NCBI GenBank assembly: GCA_963790825.1
Contig: CAWBPM010000002.1
Span: 231,159-295,158 of the forward strand
Origin: Candidatus Levyibacteriota bacterium
GTDB taxonomy: Bacteria > Patescibacteriota > Microgenomatia > Levybacterales > UBA12049
Direction of reading: 5' to 3'
DNA: 64,000 nucleotides
The notes beneath the pieces are model-generated. The model was not told the origin of the DNA. It saw only the letters and a list, made by a program, of their open reading frames with translations, and did not search any database. The position numbers and the translations under genes were made by a program. This document shows, piece by piece, positions 28,051 through 36,896 of the stretch (positions are counted from its first letter, which is position 1; every line of letters starts with the position of its first letter).

Positions 28051-29715
28051 ATGAAAAGTAAAAGAAAGAAGAAATACTCAATCTTTCTTAGTATAATTAT
28101 AGTTTTTTTTCTCCTCCTTGCAGCTGTCCTTGCCGTCTGGTACTCACAAAAACAACAACATGTAAATCAATATGCAGCAACAAGCGCCTCCCCTTCAGGA
28201 GAAGACATGCCGGTTGGTGATTTACCCGGCTGGCATCAGATCTTCACTGATGATTTTACAACCAACGTTACAGTGCCTAACTTCTTCAGTGTGTATGGTA
28301 ACAGGTGGCGCAGTTATGGTGATGGTGTATCCGATACTAGCGGTAATGGGCGTCGCTACGACACGCAAGTTCTCTCAGTCACTAACGGCATCCTCAATAT
28401 TTATATACATACGGCACTCGTCAATGGTACATATGTGCACATGGTTGGTTCACCAGTACAAGTTTTATCTCCATGGGATCCTAATTGTAAAACAGTTAAT
28501 GGCACTGGTTGTTGGCCAGGTCAACTTTATGGTCGCTACAGTATCCGTATGCGCGCAGACCTGTTGTCCAATTATAAGACGGCTTTTTTGCTTTGGCCTC
28601 AATCCCAGAACTGGTCATATGATGGAGAAATTGATTTCCCAGAATCACTGCATGATTTAACAGGTCCAATCAATGCGGCAGTATGGTGGGAATATGGTAA
28701 CTATGCGGATGACGATCAAAATTGGTGGACAGTTACCGGCTCAGGTTTCTACAATAATTGGCACACATATACCATTGACTGGACCCCGAACGCGATCGTC
28801 TACTACATTGATGGAGATGTGGTCGAAAACTTTTCTGGCAGCATCGCAACGTGGTCTGACGGTCGCTCTAAAATACCCAACACCCCTATGTACTGGGTTC
28901 TACAGACGGAAACCCAGCTTACTCCAATTGTCAATCCAGCTAACAATATAGCAGGCAACGTACAGGTTGATTGGGCAGCAGCATATTCATATTCTCCACC
29001 TACCACTGGGACACCTGTTACCCCGACTCCCAGTGTAAAGCCTACCCCTTCAACAAAACCTAGTGCAATACCAACCCCGACTTACACTCCCACCCCAACT
29101 CCTAAACCAACCAGTAGTCCTACTCCATCTGTAATGCCCAGTGCAACTCCGACTCCTACTCCGCTACCGGGTACTACCACTCTCTCCTTCCCGAGTATTC
29201 TTCTGCACGGAATAGGCTCAGCCGGAGACTCGGTTGCCCCGGGAACTTCGGGGAATACAAGTCCTCTGACTCCCAATCGTACACTAAGCGTACAGGTAGT
29301 AAACGCAAGTAACGTTCTTGTTACTACTCTTTCAGGAACCATTACCTATTCTCCCTCCAGCGGGGGATTCTCAGGAAGTGTCAGTCTGGGAAGTACTGTT
29401 CCAACCGGTTCCTACTTAGTAAAGGTAAAGACTGATAAGTACCTGGTAAAACAACTCCCCGGTATTATTACACTTACTCAAGGACAAACTACAACCATTC
29501 CCCCTGTTTCTCTTATCGTAGGAGACATCAATAACGACAATACACTTAATATCCTGGACTACAATATACTCCTTGGTTGCTACTCAGACTTCCTTCCTCC
29601 TACCAGTTGTCCCGGAACTAACGGAAAAGAGAGTGACCTTAACGATGACGGATCAGTCAATGCCTCTGACTACAACCTCTTCCTGAGAGAGTTATCTGTA
29701 CAAAGTGGCCAGTAA
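28051..29715 (+). CDS. TM-anchored GH16 glycoside hydrolase + P/T linker + Ig-like + dockerin
   Basis: W..IFTDDF, YGRY..R, GEIDFPE catalytic motif, WHTYTIDWTP..IVYYIDG. Confidence 0.85.
   Translation: MKSKRKKKYSIFLSIIIVFFLLLAAVLAVWYSQKQQHVNQYAATSASPSGEDMPVGDLPGWHQIFTDDFTTNVTVPNFFSVYGNRWRSYGDGVSDTSGNGRRYDTQVLSVTNGILNIYIHTALVNGTYVHMVGSPVQVLSPWDPNCKTVNGTGCWPGQLYGRYSIRMRADLLSNYKTAFLLWPQSQNWSYDGEIDFPESLHDLTGPINAAVWWEYGNYADDDQNWWTVTGSGFYNNWHTYTIDWTPNAIVYYIDGDVVENFSGSIATWSDGRSKIPNTPMYWVLQTETQLTPIVNPANNIAGNVQVDWAAAYSYSPPTTGTPVTPTPSVKPTPSTKPSAIPTPTYTPTPTPKPTSSPTPSVMPSATPTPTPLPGTTTLSFPSILLHGIGSAGDSVAPGTSGNTSPLTPNRTLSVQVVNASNVLVTTLSGTITYSPSSGGFSGSVSLGSTVPTGSYLVKVKTDKYLVKQLPGIITLTQGQTTTIPPVSLIVGDINNDNTLNILDYNILLGCYSDFLPPTSCPGTNGKESDLNDDGSVNASDYNLFLRELSVQSGQ
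29092..29715 (+). repeat. 624-bp linker/Ig-like/dockerin coding module, copy 3
   Basis: Direct DNA comparison with copies 1 and 2. Confidence 0.95.
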
Positions 29716-29767
29716 AGCAAATTAAAATAATTTATCAATTTTCCATAAATTCCAAACTGGAAAACAT

Positions 29768-31036
29768 GTGTTATACTTTTTATACATGAATGACACAGAT
29801 ATTGTATATCCCGATTATACAAATTCACTTGTCAATGTTCCTCATTCCGTTCTTTCACATTTTAATTTACCCCACAGAAAACCTGCATTAAATACACTGT
29901 TACTTCGTCAAATTAAAGCCTGTCCTAAACTTATCCTCTTTCTTATTGATGGTTTCGGATACAACTTGTATAAAAGCGAAGCAGTAAAGTTTCCCTTCTA
30001 TAAAAACATAGATAAAAACGGTTTGTGCGAAAAAATAACCAGCGTTTTTCCCTCAACGACTGCTGCAGCGATAACCTCGATCAATACCGGACTAACGCCA
30101 ATTGAACATGGACTCTTAGAATGGAATTTATATTTTCGAGAAATTGATGCAATTATGCAGCCTCTTCCTTATAAAATAGTCGCTACCGAATTTCATAGCA
30201 AACCAATTACAATACCGGAAAGCACTAAATTCTTGTTTGATGATAAAACTATTTATCAGATACTCGCCCAAAATACTATTCCATCATTTTATTTTATCCC
30301 AAAAACATTAACAGGTTCTGTCTATACTAAATTAGTAGCAAGTGGTGCAAAAATAATAGCGTATGTGTCCATTGTCGATCTGCTGATTGCGCTTCGCACA
30401 ATAATTCAAGAAACCAGCGCTAAAGCATATTGTTATGTTTACTGGGAAAGTATTGATACACAAGAGCACGTATATGGTCCACGGGCGGAGCAGACACAAG
30501 GAGAGATCGCTTTATTTGCAGAAATGATACAGAAAGAGTTTATCGATAAACTTGATAAAGCTAACGCAAATGATACAGCACTGCTAATAACAGCTGATCA
30601 TGGACAAACGACCATTAATTCTACTAAGGCAATCTACTTAAATGATTATCCGCAAGTAACGAAAAACTTTAAAAAAAGCAAAACAGGACTACCGATTCTT
30701 CCGATAGGAAGCCCCCGTGATGTTTTTCTTCACATAGAAGAGGGTAAGGTCGATGAAGTAGTTGCCTCTTTACAACAAGTTGTGAAAGATACAGCAGAAA
30801 TAATAAAACTTAACCGAGAAACAATTGCAAAATTATTCGCTAATGAAAAACCTCATCCGGAATTTTTCAACCGGCTGGGGAATATTTTAATTCTTCCCAG
30901 AGTTCCCCAGGCAATATGGTATAAATATCTCCCTACCAGCACAGTTGAATTTAAAGGAAATCATGGAGGACTAACAACTGACGAAATGTATATTCCCTTT
31001 ATCGCCGCAAAAATTTCCCAGCTGCAAACTTTGTAG
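29768..31036 (+). CDS. Alkaline phosphatase superfamily / nucleotide pyrophosphatase-phosphodiesterase
   Basis: LIDGFG, SVFPSTT, D..EH.YG, TADHG, GNHGGLT..EM.IP. Confidence 0.85.
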   Translation: MLYFLYMNDTDIVYPDYTNSLVNVPHSVLSHFNLPHRKPALNTLLLRQIKACPKLILFLIDGFGYNLYKSEAVKFPFYKNIDKNGLCEKITSVFPSTTAAAITSINTGLTPIEHGLLEWNLYFREIDAIMQPLPYKIVATEFHSKPITIPESTKFLFDDKTIYQILAQNTIPSFYFIPKTLTGSVYTKLVASGAKIIAYVSIVDLLIALRTIIQETSAKAYCYVYWESIDTQEHVYGPRAEQTQGEIALFAEMIQKEFIDKLDKANANDTALLITADHGQTTINSTKAIYLNDYPQVTKNFKKSKTGLPILPIGSPRDVFLHIEEGKVDEVVASLQQVVKDTAEIIKLNRETIAKLFANEKPHPEFFNRLGNILILPRVPQAIWYKYLPTSTVEFKGNHGGLTTDEMYIPFIAAKISQLQTL

Positions 31037-31131
31037 ATAAACCTTGGTACGCCCAAGTTATAGAATATCGAAAGCTTTTGGATGCTATGTCAAAAATATA
31101 TCTTAGAAATCAGGGTTGAAGAAGAAGATGT

Positions 31132-33060
31132 TTATTGTCTTAGACTACCCCATTCAACAACAGTAAGTCCCTTTCTTGATGGTACTTGTGAAAAAGTAAA
31201 AGGCTGAACTACAGTTGGCTTCTGAAGTGGTTTATACTCCATCATTATCCGAATAAATGTATCGGGTCTAGGAGTAATCTCCAGCGGCACTAGTTGATTT
31301 AAAGTTTCAGTCTGATAGAAAGTTATAAAATAATAGGGGGATGAGTTAAAGGAAGACAACCATGCATGCATAAAATCACCTGCTTCCTTTATATTTAGTC
31401 CTAACTTAGGTAAAACTTGTTCAAATAATCCTTTTACCTCATTTGCCTTCACGACAAATCCATCATCTCTCTTTGGGTAAAAGGTAGAATATCCCTCCCA
31501 GAAAAGATACGGATAACTAATAGTATCGTCCAGATTTACAATATTACCGTTAGGCGATGCGGATACAATCCACCCCATATTATATTCAGGTAAAGTAGAG
31601 GTAAGATGAACTATATCCCCAAACTTAATTGAAACATTTTCAGTTTTTTGAGGGTACAGATATATGATCGGCTCACACTCTGAAGGTGGTATAAGATTTT
31701 GATTTGATAATCTGATGTATCTGCCGAGCGGATCTTTCCAGATAAGAATTGGGTACTGAGAAGAAAATGAGCTATATGTCTGGGGAGTCGGATAGTCAAT
31801 AACATATGGTTTATTTGCTGTTGTCTCATCCATATAGTTATTATAAAAATTAACAATGAGTGGATTATTGAGATCTTTCAACCCATAAATTGCATCACCT
31901 GAGTTCTTAACTGTTCCTAATTGAATCAAATCAGCAGCAGAAATTTTACTTGGATCAATTACACCTATTTCATCAAAAGTTTCTTCTGCGCAATCACCCG
32001 CAGATTTAGTAGAGTAATTTGAACTAACAACGACCCCTGTATTCCAATTTATTTTACTCGAATCAAAAAGACTGCTTCTATTTTCGGTTTTGAAAAACGG
32101 AGGAGCGTATGTATACAGTAGGTATGTCCCGTCAGGACGGAAAACAAAAAAAGCGTTATTAGTATAACATGCAGTATTATGGCAATATCCAATACCTCCG
32201 GACGAGGGAATCTCCATTGAGTTTTTTGTAACAATACCCGCATAGAAAGATCCTTGCGGACTTAAACCTGGTTTTGTGGTGTATATTTTACCCAAAATAG
32301 GATCGGTGAATACAGGCATAAGAAGAGTTGCATCAAGTGTCCCGTCCTGTTCAGAATCTCCATAGTCCAACGTCATTGCAGGATTTACCTCACTTAGGTG
32401 AGTGGGGTATTCAAGGACAGGTATTGTAGAAGCATTATCAATTATCTCTGGTATACCAGTTTTGTTAAAAAGAGCTTGTGACATCATTGATACAGGTGGA
32501 AGATACGAATCGGGTCCTCCATTAACTTTGTCTTGAGATATTCTTGGCAGAAAAACTATAGTATTGTCTAATTTAATATATCTATCTATATTGTCTTGCG
32601 AACATGCATCACTTTTACATCTTCCACCACCCACATTAGTATCTACATCTACAAGATCTCCCCCTTGATATTTTCCTCCTACTATTTTTCCAACCCTATA
32701 AAACGCATAATTACCATCCCAAAATTCTATAGTTACAGAAGCACTTACGGTTGCAATTAGTTTTCTTTGCGAAAAATTAACATTGAGAATATTCGTTGAT
32801 ATTCCAGTCGGCTTTAATCTTAATGTAGGATTATTTAGCTGATTAATGGAGTTTTGTGAGTGCTTTGTATAAAAATAATAACTAAAGAATGCAATAATGA
32901 CCGATACGAAGACAGTGAACAACAAAATAAGAATTCTTTTAGAAAGGTTTTGAGAGTTAGTTTTTTGTGATATCAATGGCTGCTCTGCATTATCTACAGA
33001 AGATTCAATAGATTGATTAGAAACTTGAGTAGGTGATTGATCAAAGTTATCTGCTACCAT
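31132..33060 (-). CDS. Membrane-anchored conserved hypothetical protein (C-terminal PIIYLYP...YLFWEG...VVEWG domain)
   Basis: Single TM helix and recognisable conserved C-terminal blocks of unknown function. Confidence 0.7.
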   Translation of the reverse strand: MVADNFDQSPTQVSNQSIESSVDNAEQPLISQKTNSQNLSKRILILLFTVFVSVIIAFFSYYFYTKHSQNSINQLNNPTLRLKPTGISTNILNVNFSQRKLIATVSASVTIEFWDGNYAFYRVGKIVGGKYQGGDLVDVDTNVGGGRCKSDACSQDNIDRYIKLDNTIVFLPRISQDKVNGGPDSYLPPVSMMSQALFNKTGIPEIIDNASTIPVLEYPTHLSEVNPAMTLDYGDSEQDGTLDATLLMPVFTDPILGKIYTTKPGLSPQGSFYAGIVTKNSMEIPSSGGIGYCHNTACYTNNAFFVFRPDGTYLLYTYAPPFFKTENRSSLFDSSKINWNTGVVVSSNYSTKSAGDCAEETFDEIGVIDPSKISAADLIQLGTVKNSGDAIYGLKDLNNPLIVNFYNNYMDETTANKPYVIDYPTPQTYSSFSSQYPILIWKDPLGRYIRLSNQNLIPPSECEPIIYLYPQKTENVSIKFGDIVHLTSTLPEYNMGWIVSASPNGNIVNLDDTISYPYLFWEGYSTFYPKRDDGFVVKANEVKGLFEQVLPKLGLNIKEAGDFMHAWLSSFNSSPYYFITFYQTETLNQLVPLEITPRPDTFIRIMMEYKPLQKPTVVQPFTFSQVPSRKGLTVVEWGSLRQ

Positions 33061-33127
33061 ACTATGATAGTAGTTCAGTTATAGGGCAAAATACAAGTAT
33101 TATTAAGTGCGTAGATTAGAAAGCCTG

Positions 33128-33153
33128 CTATCCGTAGCTTTAGCGAAGGATAG
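33128..33153. repeat. REP-like palindrome
   Basis: CTATCC-GTAGCTTTAGCGAA-GGATAG. Confidence 0.45.
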
Positions 33154-33177
33154 TACGCCTGGAGGGACTTGAACCCC
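33153..33177 (-). repeat. Exact 25-bp duplication of the tRNA-Arg 3' end (att-like site)
   Basis: GTACGCCTGGAGGGACTTGAACCCC identical to 35645-35669. Confidence 0.9.
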
Positions 33178-33211
33178 TGGTAGTTCATTTTAGCAAGTTG
33201 ATGGGTGAGTA

Positions 33212-33655
33212 TCAAGAATAAGAAGACATGAACTGTTTGTAATCTTTAAGTGATACTACATTAATATCTTTTACTTTTCCTTGATGTTTCATATTATCAG
33301 TAACTAACGTTGCATTATATTGTTTTGCCAGTGAAATAAAAGATGCATCGTAATAAGTAATATTTGTGTCTAAAGCGATTGCGTATGTTTCTTTAGCAAG
33401 TTCCTCAGATTCTGTAATAAATGTAATTGGTAACGAATAAAGAGTGTTTAAAGTAATGCGTGCTTCCGCTAGCGTTAACTGTTTACCTTTTAACAATACA
33501 TTTCCTAATTCATATTTTGCCAATTCTGGAGCTATAAGTTCAACCTCATATAGGAATGTTTTATTTAAAATGTTATCTGCATCTTCAACGTTTTGTTCAT
33601 TAGATTGATTGACCCACTTGGTTATAACAGAGGAATCAATAACTAAAGTTTTCAT
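33212..33655 (-). CDS. vapC: VapC/PIN-domain toxin
   Basis: VIDSSVITKW, APEL..YELGN, TYYDASFISLA, LVTDN. Confidence 0.88.
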   Translation of the reverse strand: MKTLVIDSSVITKWVNQSNEQNVEDADNILNKTFLYEVELIAPELAKYELGNVLLKGKQLTLAEARITLNTLYSLPITFITESEELAKETYAIALDTNITYYDASFISLAKQYNATLVTDNMKHQGKVKDINVVSLKDYKQFMSSYS

Positions 33656-33660
33656 GTTAT

Positions 33661-33918
33661 TTAGTGAGATTGGCGGTCAGCGGTCAAAAATTCTGCAGTG
33701 CTCAATTTACCTTTACCCTTAATCATTCTTGATTTATTTATTTTTCCCCAGATTATTTCTTTATCAATTATTTGACTATGAGGTCTAATAATAATTTCAT
33801 CAGGTTTCGAGATAGAGATAGTTACAGCTGACATAGGACCAATCCAATTTACAATTCTTCGAATTGAATCGGGAATGGTTAACTGACCTCTGTCTCGTAC
33901 TATACTTACTGCTTTCAT
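33661..33918 (-). CDS. AbrB/MazE-type antitoxin
   Basis: RGQLTIPDSIRR...IIIRP; directly upstream of vapC. Confidence 0.8.
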   Translation of the reverse strand: MKAVSIVRDRGQLTIPDSIRRIVNWIGPMSAVTISISKPDEIIIRPHSQIIDKEIIWGKINKSRMIKGKGKLSTAEFLTADRQSH

Positions 33919-34203
33919 ATTTTCAGATTATCATACTTTCTGATTTTAGTCAAGAGAACAAAGAGTTTAAATCCCTCTAGCATCAACAACATCTTGAGGC
34001 CGGAGAATTAATACCGAATATTTGAAGAAGAAATGTCGATTAGCCCATTATATCAATCTATTTGACGTATTGAAAACAATAGCATCCCTTTTGGTACCCC
34101 TGGTGCAAATTGCTTTGAACCCCTTCTAAGCCATTTCCAAACCTTACAAAAAGTCTACCTTTTTCGCTATTGACAAATTATGTATGAATACAATAATTTA
34201 CAT

Positions 34204-34479
34204 ATGGCAACAATTAATATTTCCTTACCACAAAGCATGTACGATGATGCCAAAAAGGTATTAATAAAGAATCGTTACGCATCAATTAGTGAGTTGATGA
34301 GAGACGCACTTCGTCGTATCCTTTATCAAGATGTTACTGAAAATGGTTTTACTACTCAGTTTGAAAGTCAAATACTTCAAGCTGCTGCAGATTCTGTTGA
34401 TAATGATTTAATCTTAGAAACATCAGAAGATATAAATAATTATTTTAAGAATTTAAAGATTTCTCCAAAGAAGAAATAG
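34204..34479 (+). CDS. Ribbon-helix-helix (CopG/ParD-like) antitoxin
   Basis: TINISLP...YASISELMRDALR; start at 34204 follows a TTGACA promoter. Confidence 0.8.
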   Translation: MATINISLPQSMYDDAKKVLIKNRYASISELMRDALRRILYQDVTENGFTTQFESQILQAAADSVDNDLILETSEDINNYFKNLKISPKKK

Positions 34480-34481
34480 AT

Positions 34482-34757
34482 ATGGTTAAGATTACATTGG
34501 GAAGAGGCTTTCAAAAAGAATATTCAGATTTAATAAAAGAGCATCCAGAATTAAAAGAAGTAGCAGCTACAAAAGTATCCGTATTTCAAAATAATCCCCA
34601 AGATACTCGACTAAGGAATCATGCATTAAAGACAAGATTAGCCGGGAAATATGCCTTTAGTATTACACAAGATATTAGAATTGTTTATGAACATTTAGGG
34701 GAGACTACTGTAAGATTTATTGCAATTGGAACACACTGGCAACTCTATGGAAAATAA
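34482..34757 (+). CDS. RelE/YafQ-family mRNA interferase toxin
   Basis: LRNHALK..LAG.YAFSI..DIRIVY....FIAIGTH..LY. Confidence 0.85.
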   Translation: MVKITLGRGFQKEYSDLIKEHPELKEVAATKVSVFQNNPQDTRLRNHALKTRLAGKYAFSITQDIRIVYEHLGETTVRFIAIGTHWQLYGK

Positions 34758-35051
34758 TATTATCAACATATTGTTCATTACCTCTATATCACGTAATTCT
34801 TGATCCGAAGATCAAGAGTGTCCCCTTTGGTACCCCATCTGGTACGATGTTCGGACCTATCTAGCCTCAAATATTGACTCAAACTACATCACTTTCCTAA
34901 TGACCACATTCAATAAATGTAACAAGAAAGGAAACGGGGACGCATGAGCTGGTTTAGGAAACCAAGAACAGTAAGCGAATATCTCCCTGGATACTTCTCT
35001 ATTTTAAATTATGATATATTTACATTTGATATTAAATGTGATATGACTAAT

Positions 35052-35342
35052 ATGATGAAATACTTTGATTGGGACAAAGAAAAGAACAAAAAGCTGAAGC
35101 AAGATAGAGGTGTTTCATTCGAAGAAATTGTTATTGCAATAAAAGAGAATAGAGTTATAAAGATAACCAATCATCCAAACAGAAAATGTTATCCAAATCA
35201 AAAAATCTTTATTCTAGAAATACATAATTACGCATATCTTGTTCCTTTTGTGGAGGATGACCAAAAAGTATTATTTAAGACAATTATTCCAAACAGACAG
35301 GCGACAAAAAAATATATAAGAAAGGAGGCGAAAAGAAAATGA
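35052..35342 (+). CDS. brnT: BrnT-family (DUF497) toxin
   Basis: FDWDKEKN..LK..RGVSFEE, HPN...YPNQ, YLVPFV, KTIIP.R.AT. Confidence 0.8.
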   Translation: MMKYFDWDKEKNKKLKQDRGVSFEEIVIAIKENRVIKITNHPNRKCYPNQKIFILEIHNYAYLVPFVEDDQKVLFKTIIPNRQATKKYIRKEAKRK

Positions 35343-35599
35343 AATATTTCATATTAAGCGATGAAGAACAACAAATACTAGAAGCGTATGAAAAAGGTGA
35401 ACTTGTTTCTGTTCCCGATCTTGATAAGGAAAAAAAACGCTATCAAGCAATTGCGACAGCTACGTTAAACAAAACAAATAATATTAACATCCGTTTATCA
35501 GAAAAAGACCTTCAAAAGGCAAAGGTCAAAGCTATTGAGTCTGGTATTCCTTACCAGACGCTTATTAGTTCTGTAATTCACCGTTTTGTCAATGAATAG
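35339..35599 (+). CDS. BrnA/CopG-like antitoxin
   Basis: INIRLSEKDL..AK.KA...GIPYQTLISSVIH; ATGA overlap. Confidence 0.8.
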   Translation: MKYFILSDEEQQILEAYEKGELVSVPDLDKEKKRYQAIATATLNKTNNINIRLSEKDLQKAKVKAIESGIPYQTLISSVIHRFVNE

Positions 35600-35645
35600 G
35601 GAAAACACATACAGCAGTCAAACGACTACATATTATAGGCTTGTG

Positions 35646-35719
35646 TACGCCTGGAGGGACTTGAACCCCCGACCCCTTCGTCCGAAGCGAAGTGCTCTAA
35701 TCCGCTGAGCTACAGGCGC
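35646..35719 (-). tRNA. tRNA-Arg(TCG)
   Basis: GCGCCTGTAGCTCAGCGGATTAGAGC, anticodon arm CTTCG-CTTCGGA-CGAAG, GGTTCAAGTCC; CCA not encoded. Confidence 0.95.
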
Positions 35720-35774
35720 GAATGGAAACACCTGTTATTTTATAGTAATCAGGAGAGAAACTCAAATTGAGTAA

Positions 35775-36856
35775 TGAATAAGTCACGATACATATTGGAA
35801 TCTTAAGGAAGAAGATTCTATGCCAAGTGATTTTAAACGAGTAAGACATTTACGACCAAAATACTCACAAAAGAGCTATCATATACTGATGAAAATGCTC
35901 CAGAATTCATTAGCAGTTGAAGTATCCGATGTAGCTGCTTTTCGCCTTCACGTGATTAATCACTACTACAAGTATGGACTGCGTCCAACCCTTGCTGCAT
36001 TCAAAATAAAGAAGAGCAGCTTATACAACTGGAGAAATGCTTATGAACACAACGGAAAAAGGACAATCAGTTTAGTGCCACACGGAACTAGACCTCTCCA
36101 TGTGCGAAAGATGGAGACAGACTGGAGAATAATTGAGTTCATTAGAGAGATGAGGCATGAGCATGGGAATATTGGTAAAAGTATGCTCAAGCCCTTTGTT
36201 GATGCGTATGCCAAAGAGCTGGGTATTAAGACCTTGGCAGAAAGTACTATTGGGAAAGTACTTAAAAGACGTCACTTAACATTTGAGAAGAAAGTCTACC
36301 CACAGAAACAAAAAAACAAGTTCAAAAAGCTAAGAGTGAGAAAGTCTCCTAAGGTAGTTTCTCCTGGATTTATTGAGATGGATTCAGTAGTTGTCTATAT
36401 CAATTTTGAGAAACATTTGTTTATGTGTGTGATTGATATTTACACAAAATTTGCCTTAGTTGTATATGTACCGGATCTCTCCTCAGTAACAGCAAGAGAG
36501 GTTTTTAAGCAGTTCCAGTGCAATAATCCAACACCGATTCATACAATCCAAACAGATAATGGATCAGAGTTTCTCAAATCATTCCATGAGTATATAGTTG
36601 AACAGAAAATTAAACATCAATTTATCTATCCCAGAATGCCAAAGATTAATAGTTACATTGAGAGATTCAATCGGACAATCCAGGAGGAATTCATTTTAAG
36701 AAATGACGAGATTTACTATGACTCAGAAGCATTTGCAAAAAAGCTCACAAAGTATTTATACTGGTATAACTATAAGAGGCCACATGCTTCGCTTAAATAT
36801 ATGTCGCCTATGTCCTTTATACAAGCCAAGATTCCAATAAGTGCGTGACGCATACA
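35775..36856 (+). mobile_element. IS481-like insertion sequence
   Basis: Imperfect ~30-bp TIRs (TGAATAAGTCACGATACATATTGGAATCTT vs reverse complement TGTATGCGTCACGCACTTATTGGAATCTT), flanked by a 5-bp AGTAA duplication. Confidence 0.85.
35820..36848 (+). CDS. DDE (rve integrase core) transposase
   Basis: EMDS, IQTDNGSEF, P..N.YIERFNRTIQEE, YN..RPH.SL. Confidence 0.92.
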   Translation: MPSDFKRVRHLRPKYSQKSYHILMKMLQNSLAVEVSDVAAFRLHVINHYYKYGLRPTLAAFKIKKSSLYNWRNAYEHNGKRTISLVPHGTRPLHVRKMETDWRIIEFIREMRHEHGNIGKSMLKPFVDAYAKELGIKTLAESTIGKVLKRRHLTFEKKVYPQKQKNKFKKLRVRKSPKVVSPGFIEMDSVVVYINFEKHLFMCVIDIYTKFALVVYVPDLSSVTAREVFKQFQCNNPTPIHTIQTDNGSEFLKSFHEYIVEQKIKHQFIYPRMPKINSYIERFNRTIQEEFILRNDEIYYDSEAFAKKLTKYLYWYNYKRPHASLKYMSPMSFIQAKIPISA

Positions 36857-36896
36857 AGTAAATGAAGTAATAAATATTTCTGCTATACTAAATTTA

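Noticed and set aside
25374-29715. Near-identical repeats as a diversity-generating retroelement (TR/VR)
   Set aside because: No reverse transcriptase in the window, all copies are in-frame coding, and the few differences do not show a clear adenine-specific pattern
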